Positions 41,237-53,342 of a DNA stretch of 64,000 nucleotides are shown here, one piece after another; position 1 is the first letter of the stretch; every line of letters begins with the position of its first letter. A program made the translations under genes and the position numbers. Origin of the DNA: Octopus sinensis. Taxonomy: Eukaryota. The DNA lies in assembly GCF_006345805.1 (NCBI RefSeq), contig NC_043020.1:16554001-16618000 (forward strand), given 5' to 3'. The notes below the pieces were generated by a model. It was given only the letters and a program-made list of their open reading frames with translations. It had not been told where the DNA came from and ran no database searches.

Positions 41237-41937
41237 TCTGATGGCTACGTCTTTTTTTTGTAGATTATTAATCAGAAAATTATATGGTATAAGATAATTC
41301 AGAAATTACAATTTGTATTTAGGTGGAAAGGAGAAGGGGTAGTCGTTAGTTATTAATTAATGCAATTCTAACTATCAACTTAATATGTTGATAATGTTTT
41401 CTTTCTAATCACTATCTTTTCATTCTCTTGTGAACTGCATCAATTATGACATTTTGTTATTTGGTTTTGTTGGAGTTTTTTTTTTGTTTTTACTAATAGC
41501 TTTTATTCTGATATTTTTTTGGGGGTGGGGTTTGCCTGCCTCATTACAAAAGTTAATTTATTTCACTGCCATCAACACATTTTAGCATTCTAATTGTGTA
41601 TACATATTTTAATCGTCAATAATGTAAACCGACATCAATAGTTTTTAGCTTCTTTTGAATTTCACATGAAAAATAATTATATTAGAAAATGTTTTTTTAG
41701 AATTTGAGACAGATGTGACTTACTGAATTGGTAGGGTGTCAGACTGCCGACTGTTCCTACTGAGTAACCTACAGATTGTGTTCTGCCGTTATACAGTGTA
41801 TTCATAGTGAAGGTACCTAAGTGTCATTAATTCAGTTCAACCAGCTGGTGGAGTGTGGCAGGGAAAACCTTACTAAGGCTGTACAAGAACATTATCGTGT
41901 TGATGATAGCTTGCAGGACTTCGTGCAGATCTTCACA

Positions 41938-42910
41938 TAATAATAATAATAATAATCCTTTCTATAAAGGTACAAAGTCTGAAATTTTAAGGGGAGGGGG
42001 CTAGTCAATTACATCAACCCCAGTGTTTCCCTGATACTTAATTTATTGACCCCAAAAGGATGGAAAGCAAAGTCGAACTAATAATAATAATAATAATAAT
42101 CAGATTTGTCTGATTTATGAATCTTTGAAATACCAAGCATCATCATCATCATCATTGTCATCATGTCTGCTTTCCATGCTGGCATGGATTAGACAAGTGG
42201 TCCTCAACTGGGGTCCACATGACCCCTGGTGGGGGGGGGGAGTCCATATAAATAGATTTTGCAGGGATGTCCATGCAACCAAAATAATAAAGTGGGCATT
42301 CACAGTAGTATTTTAAGGGTCCGTGAAAAGTTTTGATTTAAATGTATCTATTGCAAGAAATAACTAATGGGTGAATAACAAAATAGGAATTTTGAAAGAA
42401 ATATCTTTAAAATTAGTTTTTAAGCATCAAATGGCATGAAAGCAAATGCCAACAGTGTCCCTGTTATTTTTGATTGAGTTAAAGGATTAACCAAAGTGAA
42501 TATTAACATAATCTAATAAATAAACTCGTAGGTATTTGTGATGAAGGCAGCTTTATTACCAAATAGTAGTCTCTGTATCCTACTTAATGGGGATGCATTA
42601 TGAGAGTGCTGTAATATTGTGGAAATAGTCCTTAGAAAGTCTCTCATTTAGACGTGCTGTGCACATAAGCACAGAGATATCAGCAGATGTGAAACGTCTC
42701 TCATACATCCACATTGACTGGGATACAGTGATTATTATTATTATTATTATTATTAGGTCGACTTTGCTTTCCATCCTTTTGGGGGTCAATAAATTAAGTA
42801 TCAGTGAAACACTGGGGTCGATGTAATTGACTAGCCTTCTCCCCTTAAAATTTCAGGCTTTGTACCTTTAGTAGAAAGGATTATTATTATCATTATTATT
42901 ATTATTATTA
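41938..42910. repeat. Inverted duplication of a truncated SINE B variant (41938-42102 and 42729-42910)
   Basis: Both copies share private variants (tttgctttccatcc, aagtatcag, gtacctt) and the same truncation point. Confidence 0.85.
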
Positions 42911-42923
42911 TATGAAATTGGTT

Positions 42924-42962
42924 GAACAATATTTCAGCATCTAGCGTGCCTTCCACAGGTTC
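42924..42962 (-). ncRNA. Minimal type I hammerhead ribozyme motif (variant core, CpG-decayed)
   Basis: Minus strand gaac-CUGUGGA-A-ggca(cgcuaga)ugcu-GAAA-UAU-U-guuc: stem I gaac/guuc, palindromic stem III AUAU. The sister copy at 43078-43109 keeps ugcc and AUC but lacks the first three core bases. Confidence 0.65.
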
Positions 42963-43004
42963 AAAAATTACATGTCAGTCTACTTCATTTTTTGTTAAGA
43001 TTAT

Positions 43005-43204
43005 ATAGGACCGAGGTAACTCCTCCACAAGTTATACAGAAATAAATAGAAGAGTGCCATATCAGGTGAAATTGGTTGAACGATATTTCGGCATCTAGCG
43101 TGCCTTCTAGCTAGATGCCGAAATATCGTTCAACCAATTTCACATGATATGGCACTCTTCTATTTATTTCTGTATAACTTCTGGATGAGTTACCTCGGTC
43201 CTAT
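43005..43204. repeat. Near-perfect fold-back hairpin, 95-bp arms with a 10-nt loop
   Basis: Arms 43005-43099 and 43110-43204 are reverse complements at 92 of 95 positions. Confidence 0.95.
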
Positions 43205-43579
43205 TATTATTATCATTATTAAGGATGTATCATGTGCAGGGACATAGAAATAATCGGACTGAATACCCAATCACGAGGTTAAACCATTGGGAGTGAAGGA
43301 CTCCTAGCCTTTGTTAGGGCATCCTTCTAGAAGGTAACTCAGGTAACTGGGATAACTCCAACATAAAACCTGCGGCTCAGTGGTTACCGATGATGTGACT
43401 TGTTCTTCTTTTCGGATTATGGCTGCTGTTGCTTAGTGAGTGGGATTGACTCAGTGCACAGCTTTTTCTCACTTTAAAAAAAATCTTCTTGCACAGGCAT
43501 TGCACAATAACAACATTAAGCTTCGTGCAATGGCCATACTTGATTACGAGGGGGCAGCCACCAGCCACCATTATTATTA

Positions 43580-45206
43580 TTATTAAGGTGGTGAGCTGGC
43601 AGAACAGTTAGCACACTGGGAAAAATGCTTAGTAGCATTTTGTCCATCTTTACATTCTGAGTTCAAATTTCATCAAGGTCGACTTTGCCTTTCATCCTTT
43701 TGGGATCAATAAATTAAGTAACAGTTGAGTACTGGGATCAAATTAATCGACTATCCTCCTCTCCCAAATTTCAGGTCTCCTACCTATAATAAAAAGGATT
43801 ACTATTATTATTTAGACAGAATTGTTAGCACACCAGGCAAAAGGTTTAGTGATATTTTGTCTGTCTTCACATTTGGGGTCAATTAAATAAGCAATGCACT
43901 GGGGTTGTAATCAACTTCCCCACTTCCCCTAAATTTCAGGCCTTTTGCTTATAGTAGAAAGGAGTTATTGGGCAAGTATTTTTTATTAAAGCCCCTGGTT
44001 GACCAATTAATGAAATTAGTTGACAGAAACTGTGTAGAGGCTCACCATTTGTATGTGTTTGTATGTCTTCTGTCATTATGTTGACACTGCTTCAAAAACA
44101 TACCTCTCCATATTTATGTCCTATAACTTAGTGGTTTGACATATAGAGATTGATAAGTCCCAAACTTCAAAATAAGTGCTGTGGTCAATATGATTAACTA
44201 AAAGCTTTTTATAACAATATCCCAACATGATCACAGTCAAATGGCTGAAACTAGTAAATGAATTACAGTACCAGACATTGGAAATCACATATAAAAATCT
44301 AAAAAATCTTCTGAGACTGTTCTTTAACTATATCTACAGATTCTTGTGTCACTATTTTCCAGAGTTTACCTATGAGGTAACATATCCAATATCATTACAG
44401 AACTGGTTCTGTGTTTTTCCAGTTTTACCAATTATAAATCAGATGCTGCTGTCTTTAAATTTAACGGCTAAGTCAGTAAAATTCTTTGGCTTTTCAGCCC
44501 TTCATGTTCTTAATTCCAATCCTTCAGAAGTTGGTGATTTTGATTTTCACACCACTGGGTTTCATAAAGTTTTCAAGTACTTGACTTGATGTTATCAGCT
44601 AACCACCTTTTCCCTCAAAACTACTGGCCTTCTGCCTTAATCAGGAGCAATTATTATTATTATCATTATTATGGTGGTGCACTGGCAGACTCGTTAGCAC
44701 CGATGATCATGGTGGTGATCTGGCAGAATCATTAGCATGTCAAGCAAAATGCTTAGCATTTTATCCATCTTCACATTCTGAGTTCAAATTCCACTGAGGT
44801 CGACTTTGCCTTTCATCCATTCAGGGTCGCTAAATTAAGTACCAGTTAAACATTGGGGTTGATGTAATCGACTAGTCCCCTCTCCCAAAATTCCAGGCCT
44901 TGTGCCTATGGTAGAAAAGATTATTATTATTATTTGTAGTAGTAGTAGTAGTAGTAAGGCAGCAAGCTAGCAGAGTTGTTAACTCACTGAACAAAATACT
45001 TAGCAGCATTTTATCTGTCTTTAAGTTCTGAGTTCAGATTCCATTAAGGTCAACTTTGCCTTTCATCCTTTCGGGGTCAATAAATTAAGTACCAGTAAAA
45101 CACTAGAGTCAATGTAATTGACTAGTCCCTTCCACCAAGAATTTCAGGCCTTGTGCCTTTAGTAGAAAAGATTATTATTATCATTATTCTCCTTCTTCTT
45201 CTTCTT

Positions 45207-45242
<36 letters not shown>

Positions 45243-45305
45243 GAGTGAGAGAGCAGTGCAGGCCGTCAAAGTGACACTGGGATTATTATTATTATTATTA
45301 TTATT

Positions 45306-45346
<41 letters not shown>

Positions 45347-45560
45347 TATTATTATCATTAAGGTGGCGAGCTGGAAGAATTGTTAATGTAAAGATGGACT
45401 AAATGCTTAGTTCATTTTCCACCAAGGTCAACTTTGCCTTTCATCCTTTTGGGTTCAGTAAAATAGGTACCAGTCAAGCACTGGGGTTGATGTAATCAAC
45501 TTATCCCGCCTCACAATAATTCAGGCCCTGTGCCTCTGGTAGAAAGGATTGTTATTAATA
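43580..45560 (+). mobile_element. Cluster of about 5 same-orientation old SINE B variants separated by (ATT)n/(CAT)n
   Basis: Repeated gagctggcagaa heads and gtgcct..agtagaaaggattatt tails. Confidence 0.8.
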
Positions 45561-46000
45561 TTATTATTAGTTACTTAGCGGTTCGGCAAAAGAGACCGAT
45601 AGAATAAGTACTGGGCTTACGAAAGAAGTACTGGGCTTACGAAAGAATAAGTCCCCGGGGTCGAGTTGCTCGATTAAAGGCGGTGCTCCAGCATGGCCGC
45701 AGTCAAATGACTGAAACAAGTAAAAGAGTAAAGAGTTGTGGAGAGACAAATGATTTTTGTGCTTAGCTTGGTCTAAGGTTTTACTGGAATCAAATGTGTC
45801 CTAATAAATGTGGTTTCAACTCTGATCTAGGTATTATGAAATACTTTGTGTAACACCTTACATTAAATGTAGGAGTTTATGTTGGTCTCAGATTTTGTTA
45901 GTCTGAGACTTTAAAGTCTAGATTCTCAACTGAGGTCTATATGGCCCTTGGGTGTCCAGATAAGATTTTGTTGTTTATATTTATGTGCAATAAATATTAC

Positions 46001-46231
46001 AGGCAGAGAGCTGGCAGAAAGTTAGCATGCCGGACGAAATGCGTAGCCGTATTTTGTCTGCCGTTACACTCTGGGTTCAAATTCCGCCGAGGTCGACTTT
46101 GCCTTTCATCCTTTCGAGGTCGATAAATTAAGTACCAGTTATGCACTGGGGTCGATGTAATCAACTTAATTCGTTTGTCTGTCCTTGTTTGTCCCCTCTA
46201 TGTTTAGCCCCTTGTGGGTAATAAAGAAACA
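46001..46231 (+). mobile_element. SINE family B (young)
   Basis: 19-bp TSD tatatttatgtgcaataaa at 45976-45994 and 46232-46250. Confidence 0.92.
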
Positions 46232-47164
46232 TATATTTATGTGCAATAAACTGGCTATACTTTTAGCAAAATAAGGAAGTATTTCATAGAAAAGGGCAGC
46301 TTATATTCTGAAAAATACTATATATACAAGGGTGGGACAGAAACTTGGTATATATACTTTCAGCAATTCTTTTATACAGTTCCTAATAATATTCAGTTAT
46401 AAAAATGTAATTGGATTTTTGTTTAAACATTAAATGGCTATAAGGGTCCATGTCAGTAAAATAGGAATCAAAAAGAAACATTGGTGAAAAAAAAAATGGT
46501 TGAAAAACACTTGTTAAGAACCTATATTTTTCAGTCAATGTTCATTTATAACTTACACTTACTTAATAGAAATAAATATAAACAACATAAGATACAATTC
46601 TAGAAATTTTGTTTGTTCTAAATTATTTCAAATTATCTCTTTTTCCAGCTTGGGAAATATTGTAAACACAAAGAGAGAGAGACACACACACATACACACT
46701 TACTTAGAGTCTAGACAAATTGGGAGTGTTCTCCATCAAAAATTATATTTAATAATATCAATTATTTCGTTTGCACTTTTGTTTTCTTTGGTATTTTTTT
46801 CTCTGTGGAATTTCTTTATAGTTTCAATCATTTATCAACCAGTGTTTGTCTTGTTGTAGTTAAGGTTTTTAACGCGAACAACTTCACTTGGTTACTGTGC
46901 AACAAGATAGAATGATGGCAAGGTTATTTTGCCTTTTACTACTCTCTGCTGCATCATACTATTATTGTTGCTCTAGTCACTGCCTAGCTTCACACATTCA
47001 ATCAATATTCTTCTACATTTTCATACTCTCCACACAACTAACAATAAACTAATGTTCATTTCCAACTAGTTGCACGATTAAACAATTTTCTGTTTAATTT
47101 CAATGGCTAATTTTTGTTACTTTCCACAAATCATACGTTTAAATTAACTTCCTATATAGTTACT

Positions 47165-47181
47165 TACATATATATATAAAC

Positions 47182-47219
<38 letters not shown>

Positions 47220-47287
47220 TATATATGTAAATACACACATGTATGTATGTGTATATATATAGAGATATAGATAGATAGATAGATAGC

Positions 47288-47328
<41 letters not shown>

Positions 47329-47730
47329 CATACATACACAGAGAGAGAGAAGGAGAGATAGAGATATATAGATATAGTTATCTATATATTATATATATAT
47401 ATATATATATATGGATAGATAGATATAGAGGGATATAGATATAGTAATATATATATAGATAGATAGATAGATATAGAGGGATATAGATATAGTTATATAT
47501 ATATAGATAGATAGATAGATATAGAGGGATATAGATATAGTTATATATATATAGATAGATAGATATAGAGGGATATAGATATAGTTATATATATATAGAT
47601 AGATAGATAGATATAGAGGGATATAGATATAGTTATATATATATCTATAGATAGATAGATATCTATATATAGAGAGAGGGATATAGATATAGTTATATAT
47701 ATAGAGAGAGAGAGATAGGTAGGTAGATAG
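47165..47730. repeat. (TA)/(GATA)-derived minisatellite, unit of about 40 bp with the core gatatagagggatatagatatagtta
   Basis: About 6 imperfect units by inspection. Confidence 0.88.
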
Positions 47731-48088
47731 ATACAGTCAAAATGTGAAAAATGGATATGCTCAATATATAGTAGTGCTCAGAAGAATTTAAACACCAAAT
47801 TCTTCATCCAGGGCTGGGCTTGCACCATCAATAGTAGATATAAAAGAAATCTAGGCTGAGCCGATATAGAGAGAGTAATGGAGATAAACACAATTAGGCT
47901 TCATATATATATATATATATATACACGATTGAGTTGACAAACGAAAGAAGGGCACTCAACACATTTATTGAGCGTTATATGTATAGATCAAACAGTTATA
48001 TCTATCTATCTATCTACCTATCTATCTATCTATCTATCTACCTATTTATCTATCTATCTATCTATCTATCTACTATTTAATTATCTAC

Positions 48089-48124
<36 letters not shown>

Positions 48125-48696
48125 ACAATCTATCTATCTATCTATCTATCTCCTCTCGCCCCTTTTTTTTAAATCCTACCCTTTTTTGTCCTCTTTCTTT
48201 CCTTTTACGATCCCTTTTGATCGAAAACCAACCCCCTTTTTTTTTACCCCCAAAAGAAAAGCTCTACCTTGTAATTTGTTCTGTCTGTGTGCAGCCCTGT
48301 GTGGCTAATAAAGAAACATATCTATCTATCTATCTACCTATTTAATTATCTACTTATCTATCTATCTATCTATCTATCTACCTATTTAATTATCTATCTA
48401 TCTATCAATCTATCTGTATTTTTCACTCATTGGTGATGTCCTGTATTCGATGTATTTTATGTATATAGATACAGCACAAAAAATACTGAATAAAGTATGT
48501 ATTTTCTTCATATTCTGTATATTTCCTTTATGTTATATATATATATATAACTGTTTATCTGCATTGCTACCTCTATACACACACACAAACGCACACACAT
48601 ATATTTTTGGTTGAATTTTATGTTGGTTTTCTCATTGTCCTATGTACTATTGGTTTTTGTTGAAGTAGTGTTCTTTTACCTTTCACTTCTTCTAAT

Positions 48697-49025
48697 CATC
48701 ATCATCCTCGTTTAGCGTCCGCTTTGCATGCTAGCATGGGTTGGACGGTTCAACTGGGGTCTGGGAGGCCAGTAGGCTGCACCTGGCCCAGTCTGATTTG
48801 GCAATGTTTCTACGGCTGGATACCCTTCCTAACGCCAACCACTCCGTGAGTGTAGTGGGTGCTTTTTACGTGCCACCGGCACTGGTGCCAGATGAGGCTG
48901 GCAAACGGCCACGATCAGATGGTGTTTTTTACGTGCCACCGGCACAGAGGCCAGTCGAGGCGGCGCTGGCAACAGCCACATTTGGATGGTTCTCTTACGT
49001 GCCACCGACACTGGTATCACAGCTA
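48697..49025 (-). mobile_element. Short retroposon family C with internal tandem ttttacgtgccaccggcac repeats
   Basis: Matches copies at 52508, 58380 and 60935. Confidence 0.85.
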
Positions 49026-49344
49026 CAATTTCCATTGTTTTTTATTTTTTTATGTTTAAGTTGTTGTTGCTATTAGTATTATCATTTCATATACACACAA
49101 CAGCTTAGACTGATGGAAAAAAATTACTACTGACATCTGGCTACAACAAGTTACCTTAGATGGTCAAGAACCTTCCCAACTATCCTAGCTGTCCTTAATA
49201 ATACCATTTTCTGGAGCTGCACTAAACTAGTTTCTCTACCTATTTCTTTTATCCATTTGTTCAAATGTTTAGGAATAGTTTCTAATGCACCTATATCTAC
49301 AGGAATACATTTTTTACCTGCATTATTATTGTTCTTGTTGTTGT

Positions 49345-49780
49345 TAAAGGCAGCGGGCTGGCAGAAATGTTAGCATGCCAAGCGAAATTCTTAGCAGTAT
49401 TCCGAGTTCAAATTCCGCCGAGGTCGACTTTGCCTTTCATCCTTTCGGTGTCGATAAATTAAGTACAAGTTACGCGCTGGGTTCGATGTAATCAACTTAA
49501 TCCCTTTGTCTGTCCTTGTTTGTCCCCTCTATGTTTAGCCCCTTGTCGGCAATAAAGAAATAAGAATCATTAGCATGCCAAGTGAAATGCTTAGTGGTAT
49601 TTTGTCTGCCGTTATGTTCTGCATTCAAATTCCGCCAATATCAACTTTGCCTTTCATTCTTTCAGGGTCAATAAATTAAGTACCAGTTGAGTACTGGGGT
49701 TGTTGTAATCAACTATCCCTCTCCCCCAAATTTCAGGCCTTGTGCCTATAGTAGCAAAGATTATTATTATTACTATTATT
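49345..49780 (+). mobile_element. Young SINE B nested in the head of an older SINE B variant
   Basis: The young tail ending aaagaaata is followed directly by agaatcattagcatgcc of the older copy. Confidence 0.75.
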
Positions 49781-49785
49781 ATTAT

Positions 49786-50242
49786 TGAGTGAGAGAGGGA
49801 GCAGTGCATGCCATCAAAGTGACACTGGGGTAAAATATATGAAGCCCAGTATACCCATCATGACTACTCGTCTGATAAGGGTACACCAGGCACATGCATC
49901 ACAACCGTATGTGCGCGACATGGTGACCTTATATCAAGATAAATAGCACATGATGTTGCAGGTGAGGCCCAGTTAGAATTTTCTTCTGGTCGAGTAGCCT
50001 ATAAGGATGTTGAACAAACCACCCATGCTTCCAAGGGTGAATTATCCAAACCTCTAAGAATTCCTTTCAACACACGGCTATGATGCTCCCCCACTACTTC
50101 TGCTCGTGATCAGAGATGCACATATCGTCAGCCACTAAGGGACATGCTCAACTGGTTACGGTCAAACAACTGACAAGCAAATCTGTGACATTGAGCAGAA
50201 TATTTGCTGTAGCCCATCTAGAATATTTGCTGTAGCCCATCT
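49786..50242 (-). mobile_element. Unclassified retroposon family F with an RTE-like tail ctctctcactca(ata)n
   Basis: Homologous fragments at about 10215-10400 and 45240-45290; 23-bp tandem duplication at the 5' end. Confidence 0.65.
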
Positions 50243-50368
50243 TTATTATTATTATTATAATTATTATTATTACTACTATTATTATTATTATTATCATTAT
50301 TAAGTTTTTTAAATGATTTAATCTTTAAATATATTCTAATAGCATTATCATTATCATTATTATTATTA

Positions 50369-50399
<31 letters not shown>

Positions 50400-50896
50400 C
50401 ATTATTATTATTATCATTATTAAGTTTTTAAAATGATTTAATCTTTAAATATATTCTAATAGCTTCATTGAACTGGAATATCACTGTACAATTATAATTT
50501 ATTTATTCATGTGTGTGTGTACATAATATATTCATGCGTGTATTTTATGTACATAACATTTACATATGTGTGGTGGGGGGGGGGGATCTATTTATGTACA
50601 TAATATATACATCTGTGTAAAACTGATTTTTTTTTTTTTTTTTTTACCTTTTTTAAAACCAAACCTAATGTCCTGTAACGTTCAGATAGAGAATTATCAT
50701 TGAGGGAATTTCCCATTTTCGTTCATCATCGTATTGTTTTGTTAAGATAATTTCTCTTTCACCTAAATCAAAATATTCCACAAAAAGTTTCATTTCTTTT
50801 TCATTCCTCCTTCACCATACACCATGTTTCTGTCCCACCCATGTAAATATAGTATTTTTCAGAATATAAGCTGCCCTTTTCTATGAAATACTTCCC

Positions 50897-51294
50897 TACT
50901 CTTTACTCTTTACTCTTTTACTTGTTTCAGTCATTTGACCACGGCCATGCTGGAGCACCGCCTTTAGTCGAGCAAATCGACCCCGGGACTTATTCTTTGT
51001 AAGCCCAGTACTTATTCTATCGGTCTCTTTTGCCGAACCGCTAAGTGACGGGGACGTAAACACACCAGCATCAGTTGTCAAGCAATGCTAGGGGGACAAA
51101 CACAGACACACAAACACACACACGCATATATATATATACATACCTATATACGACAGGCTTCTTTCAGTTTCAGTGTACCAAATCCAATCACAAGGCTTTG
51201 GTCAATCCCAGGCTATAGTAGAAGACACTTGCCCAAGATGCCACGCAGTGGGACTGAACCCGGAACCATGTGGCTGGTTAGCAAGCTACTTACC
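50897..51294 (-). mobile_element. SINE family A (young, with an apparent conversion tract)
   Basis: Near-consensus except for the 51186-51209 variants shared with 52138 and 53947. Confidence 0.88.
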
Positions 51295-51682
51295 TGGTGG
51301 AGAAATAAATACTGCATAGATAGCAGACGTTTACCTGATGTGATTACTAATAGGTTTGGCTTCATTGATATTTGTTTTGATCAATATGTGTGTCACAACA
51401 TTACCTTCCAAGAGTCATTAACTTACAGCCTTTAAAGCCAGTTGTTATGTTCACAACACCAAGATTGTAATGTTCTGATCATATAGGAATCATAGCAACT
51501 TTGGTTCATATGAGACAGAGAGTCATTGTCATGTGTTGTACACCTGCAGTGCATTGATAACACAACAACAAAAGTCTTCCCAAGTTGCTTAAGTCCTCCA
51601 GTTGCTTGCCACTCTTGTCCCACCAGTTCATGATATTATCCATCCATTACATTCTTTGCCTGTCTTTTGATCTACTGCCCTG

Positions 51683-51911
51683 AGCTGGCAGAAACGTTAG
51701 CAGGCCGGGCGAAATGCTTAGTGGTATTTCGTCTGTTGTTATGTTCTGAGTTCAAATTCCACCAAGGTCGACTTTGCCTTTCATCCTCTTGGGGTCGATA
51801 AATAAAGTACCAGTTTCACACTGGGTCGATGTAATCGACTTAATCTCTTTTTCTTTTTCTGTCCTTGTTTGTCCTCTCTGTGTTTAGCCCCTTGCGGGTA
51901 GTAAAGAAATA
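51683..51911 (+). mobile_element. SINE B inserted in a degenerate minus-strand RTE fragment (about 51600-52130)
   Basis: Flanking minus-strand peptide HIQRSWGLENIIIKGR resembles an RTE C-terminus. Confidence 0.7.
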
Positions 51912-53342
51912 TACTCTTCCTTTGATGATAATGTTTTCCAGACCCCAGCTTCTTTGAATATGGTCATAATAGATGAGCTTTGGTTTTTTCACAATGTTCA
52001 GGAATTATCATCTTTCACCTTCTTATTGTGACACCTCTTCATTTGTCTGATGGTCCTTGTAAGATACTTGTAACATTCTCCCATACACCCACATTTCTCA
52101 TACATTGATCATATCCTTCTCAAATTTGTTCAGTGTCCATGACAGGCTTCTTTCAGTTTCCGTCTACCAAATCCAATCACAAGGCTTTGGCCAATCCCAG
52201 GTTATAGTAGAAGTCACTTGCCCAATGTGCCACGCACTGGAACTGAACCTGGAGTCATGTGGTTGGGAAGCAAGCTTCTTACCACACAGCCATGTCTGCA
52301 TTTGATTAAGATTTAAATTAATCATTTCATCAAATTTAAATCAGACGTCTTTGTGTGCGCTGGTGTGCACGTGTGTGCATGTGCCTATATGCATTTCTTG
52401 TGTGTGGGTATTCTGGAGAAAGGATAGGCTTTAGCATATTTAAAGTAAAGTCTAAAATCAGCTTAAGATATAGAATACTCGAAAGTATTGAATAAATCTA
52501 TAAATTTCATCATCATCATCATCGTTTAGCTTCCGTTTTCCATGCTAGCATGGGTTGGACGGTTCAACTGGGGTCTGTGAAGCCAGAAGGCTTCATCAGG
52601 CCTAGTCAGATCTGGCAGTGTTTCTACGGCTGGATGCCCTTCCTAACGCCAACCACTCCGTGAGTGTAGTGGGTGCTTTTTACGTGCCACCCACACAGGT
52701 GCCAGACAGAGCTGGCAAACGGCCACGAACGGATGGTGCTTTTTATGTGCCACCGGCACGGGGAACCATAAATGCATATCTGCCAAATGATCTCTCACAC
52801 CAGAGGATAGAGAATTTGTTTAGTAGCATGAAAACTGTATTAGTATTATGGTGCAAACAACCCTTCTTCAATTTTTGTGCTGTTAGAACTGAGCTGAATT
52901 TTAATTTACAGTTATGAAAGAATAAAGCAGAGATTTCATGAAATTACTCTAATATTGTGTGTCGCTTACAATTAAATTAAGTCAAAATATCCTGGTTTAC
53001 ATTCCTTCAAGGCTCCTCTGTTGAAAAAACCAACTAGAAGGGGAAAAGTGTGAAGTTATCTAGCATGGCATGATTCCAATAATTTCTGCAGTTGCATCAG
53101 TGCCAATATCCGTTCATAATTTCCATTTGGACAACATCTGGCAAACTCACAGGAAAGCTTTGACAGTTACACAATGTAAGATGGCCACAGAATGTATCCC
53201 AACCTCAAACCCAATTCACAATCATGTCTTATCACATATATGATATTAATAATAGTTACAACAATTGAGATTTCACTTGAAATATTATTGTACTACTTAC
53301 TTACCAATAAAAAGAAAATTTTTTTTTTTAAACCAAAGTATT

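Noticed and set aside
41720-41940. GC-richer stretch with a short + ORF (FNQLVECGRENLTKAVQEHYRVDDSLQDFVQIFT) and a minus-strand GTAAGT donor
   Set aside because: No similarity to tomosyn or a known protein; the minus-strand candidate exon has stops in all frames; support is insufficient.
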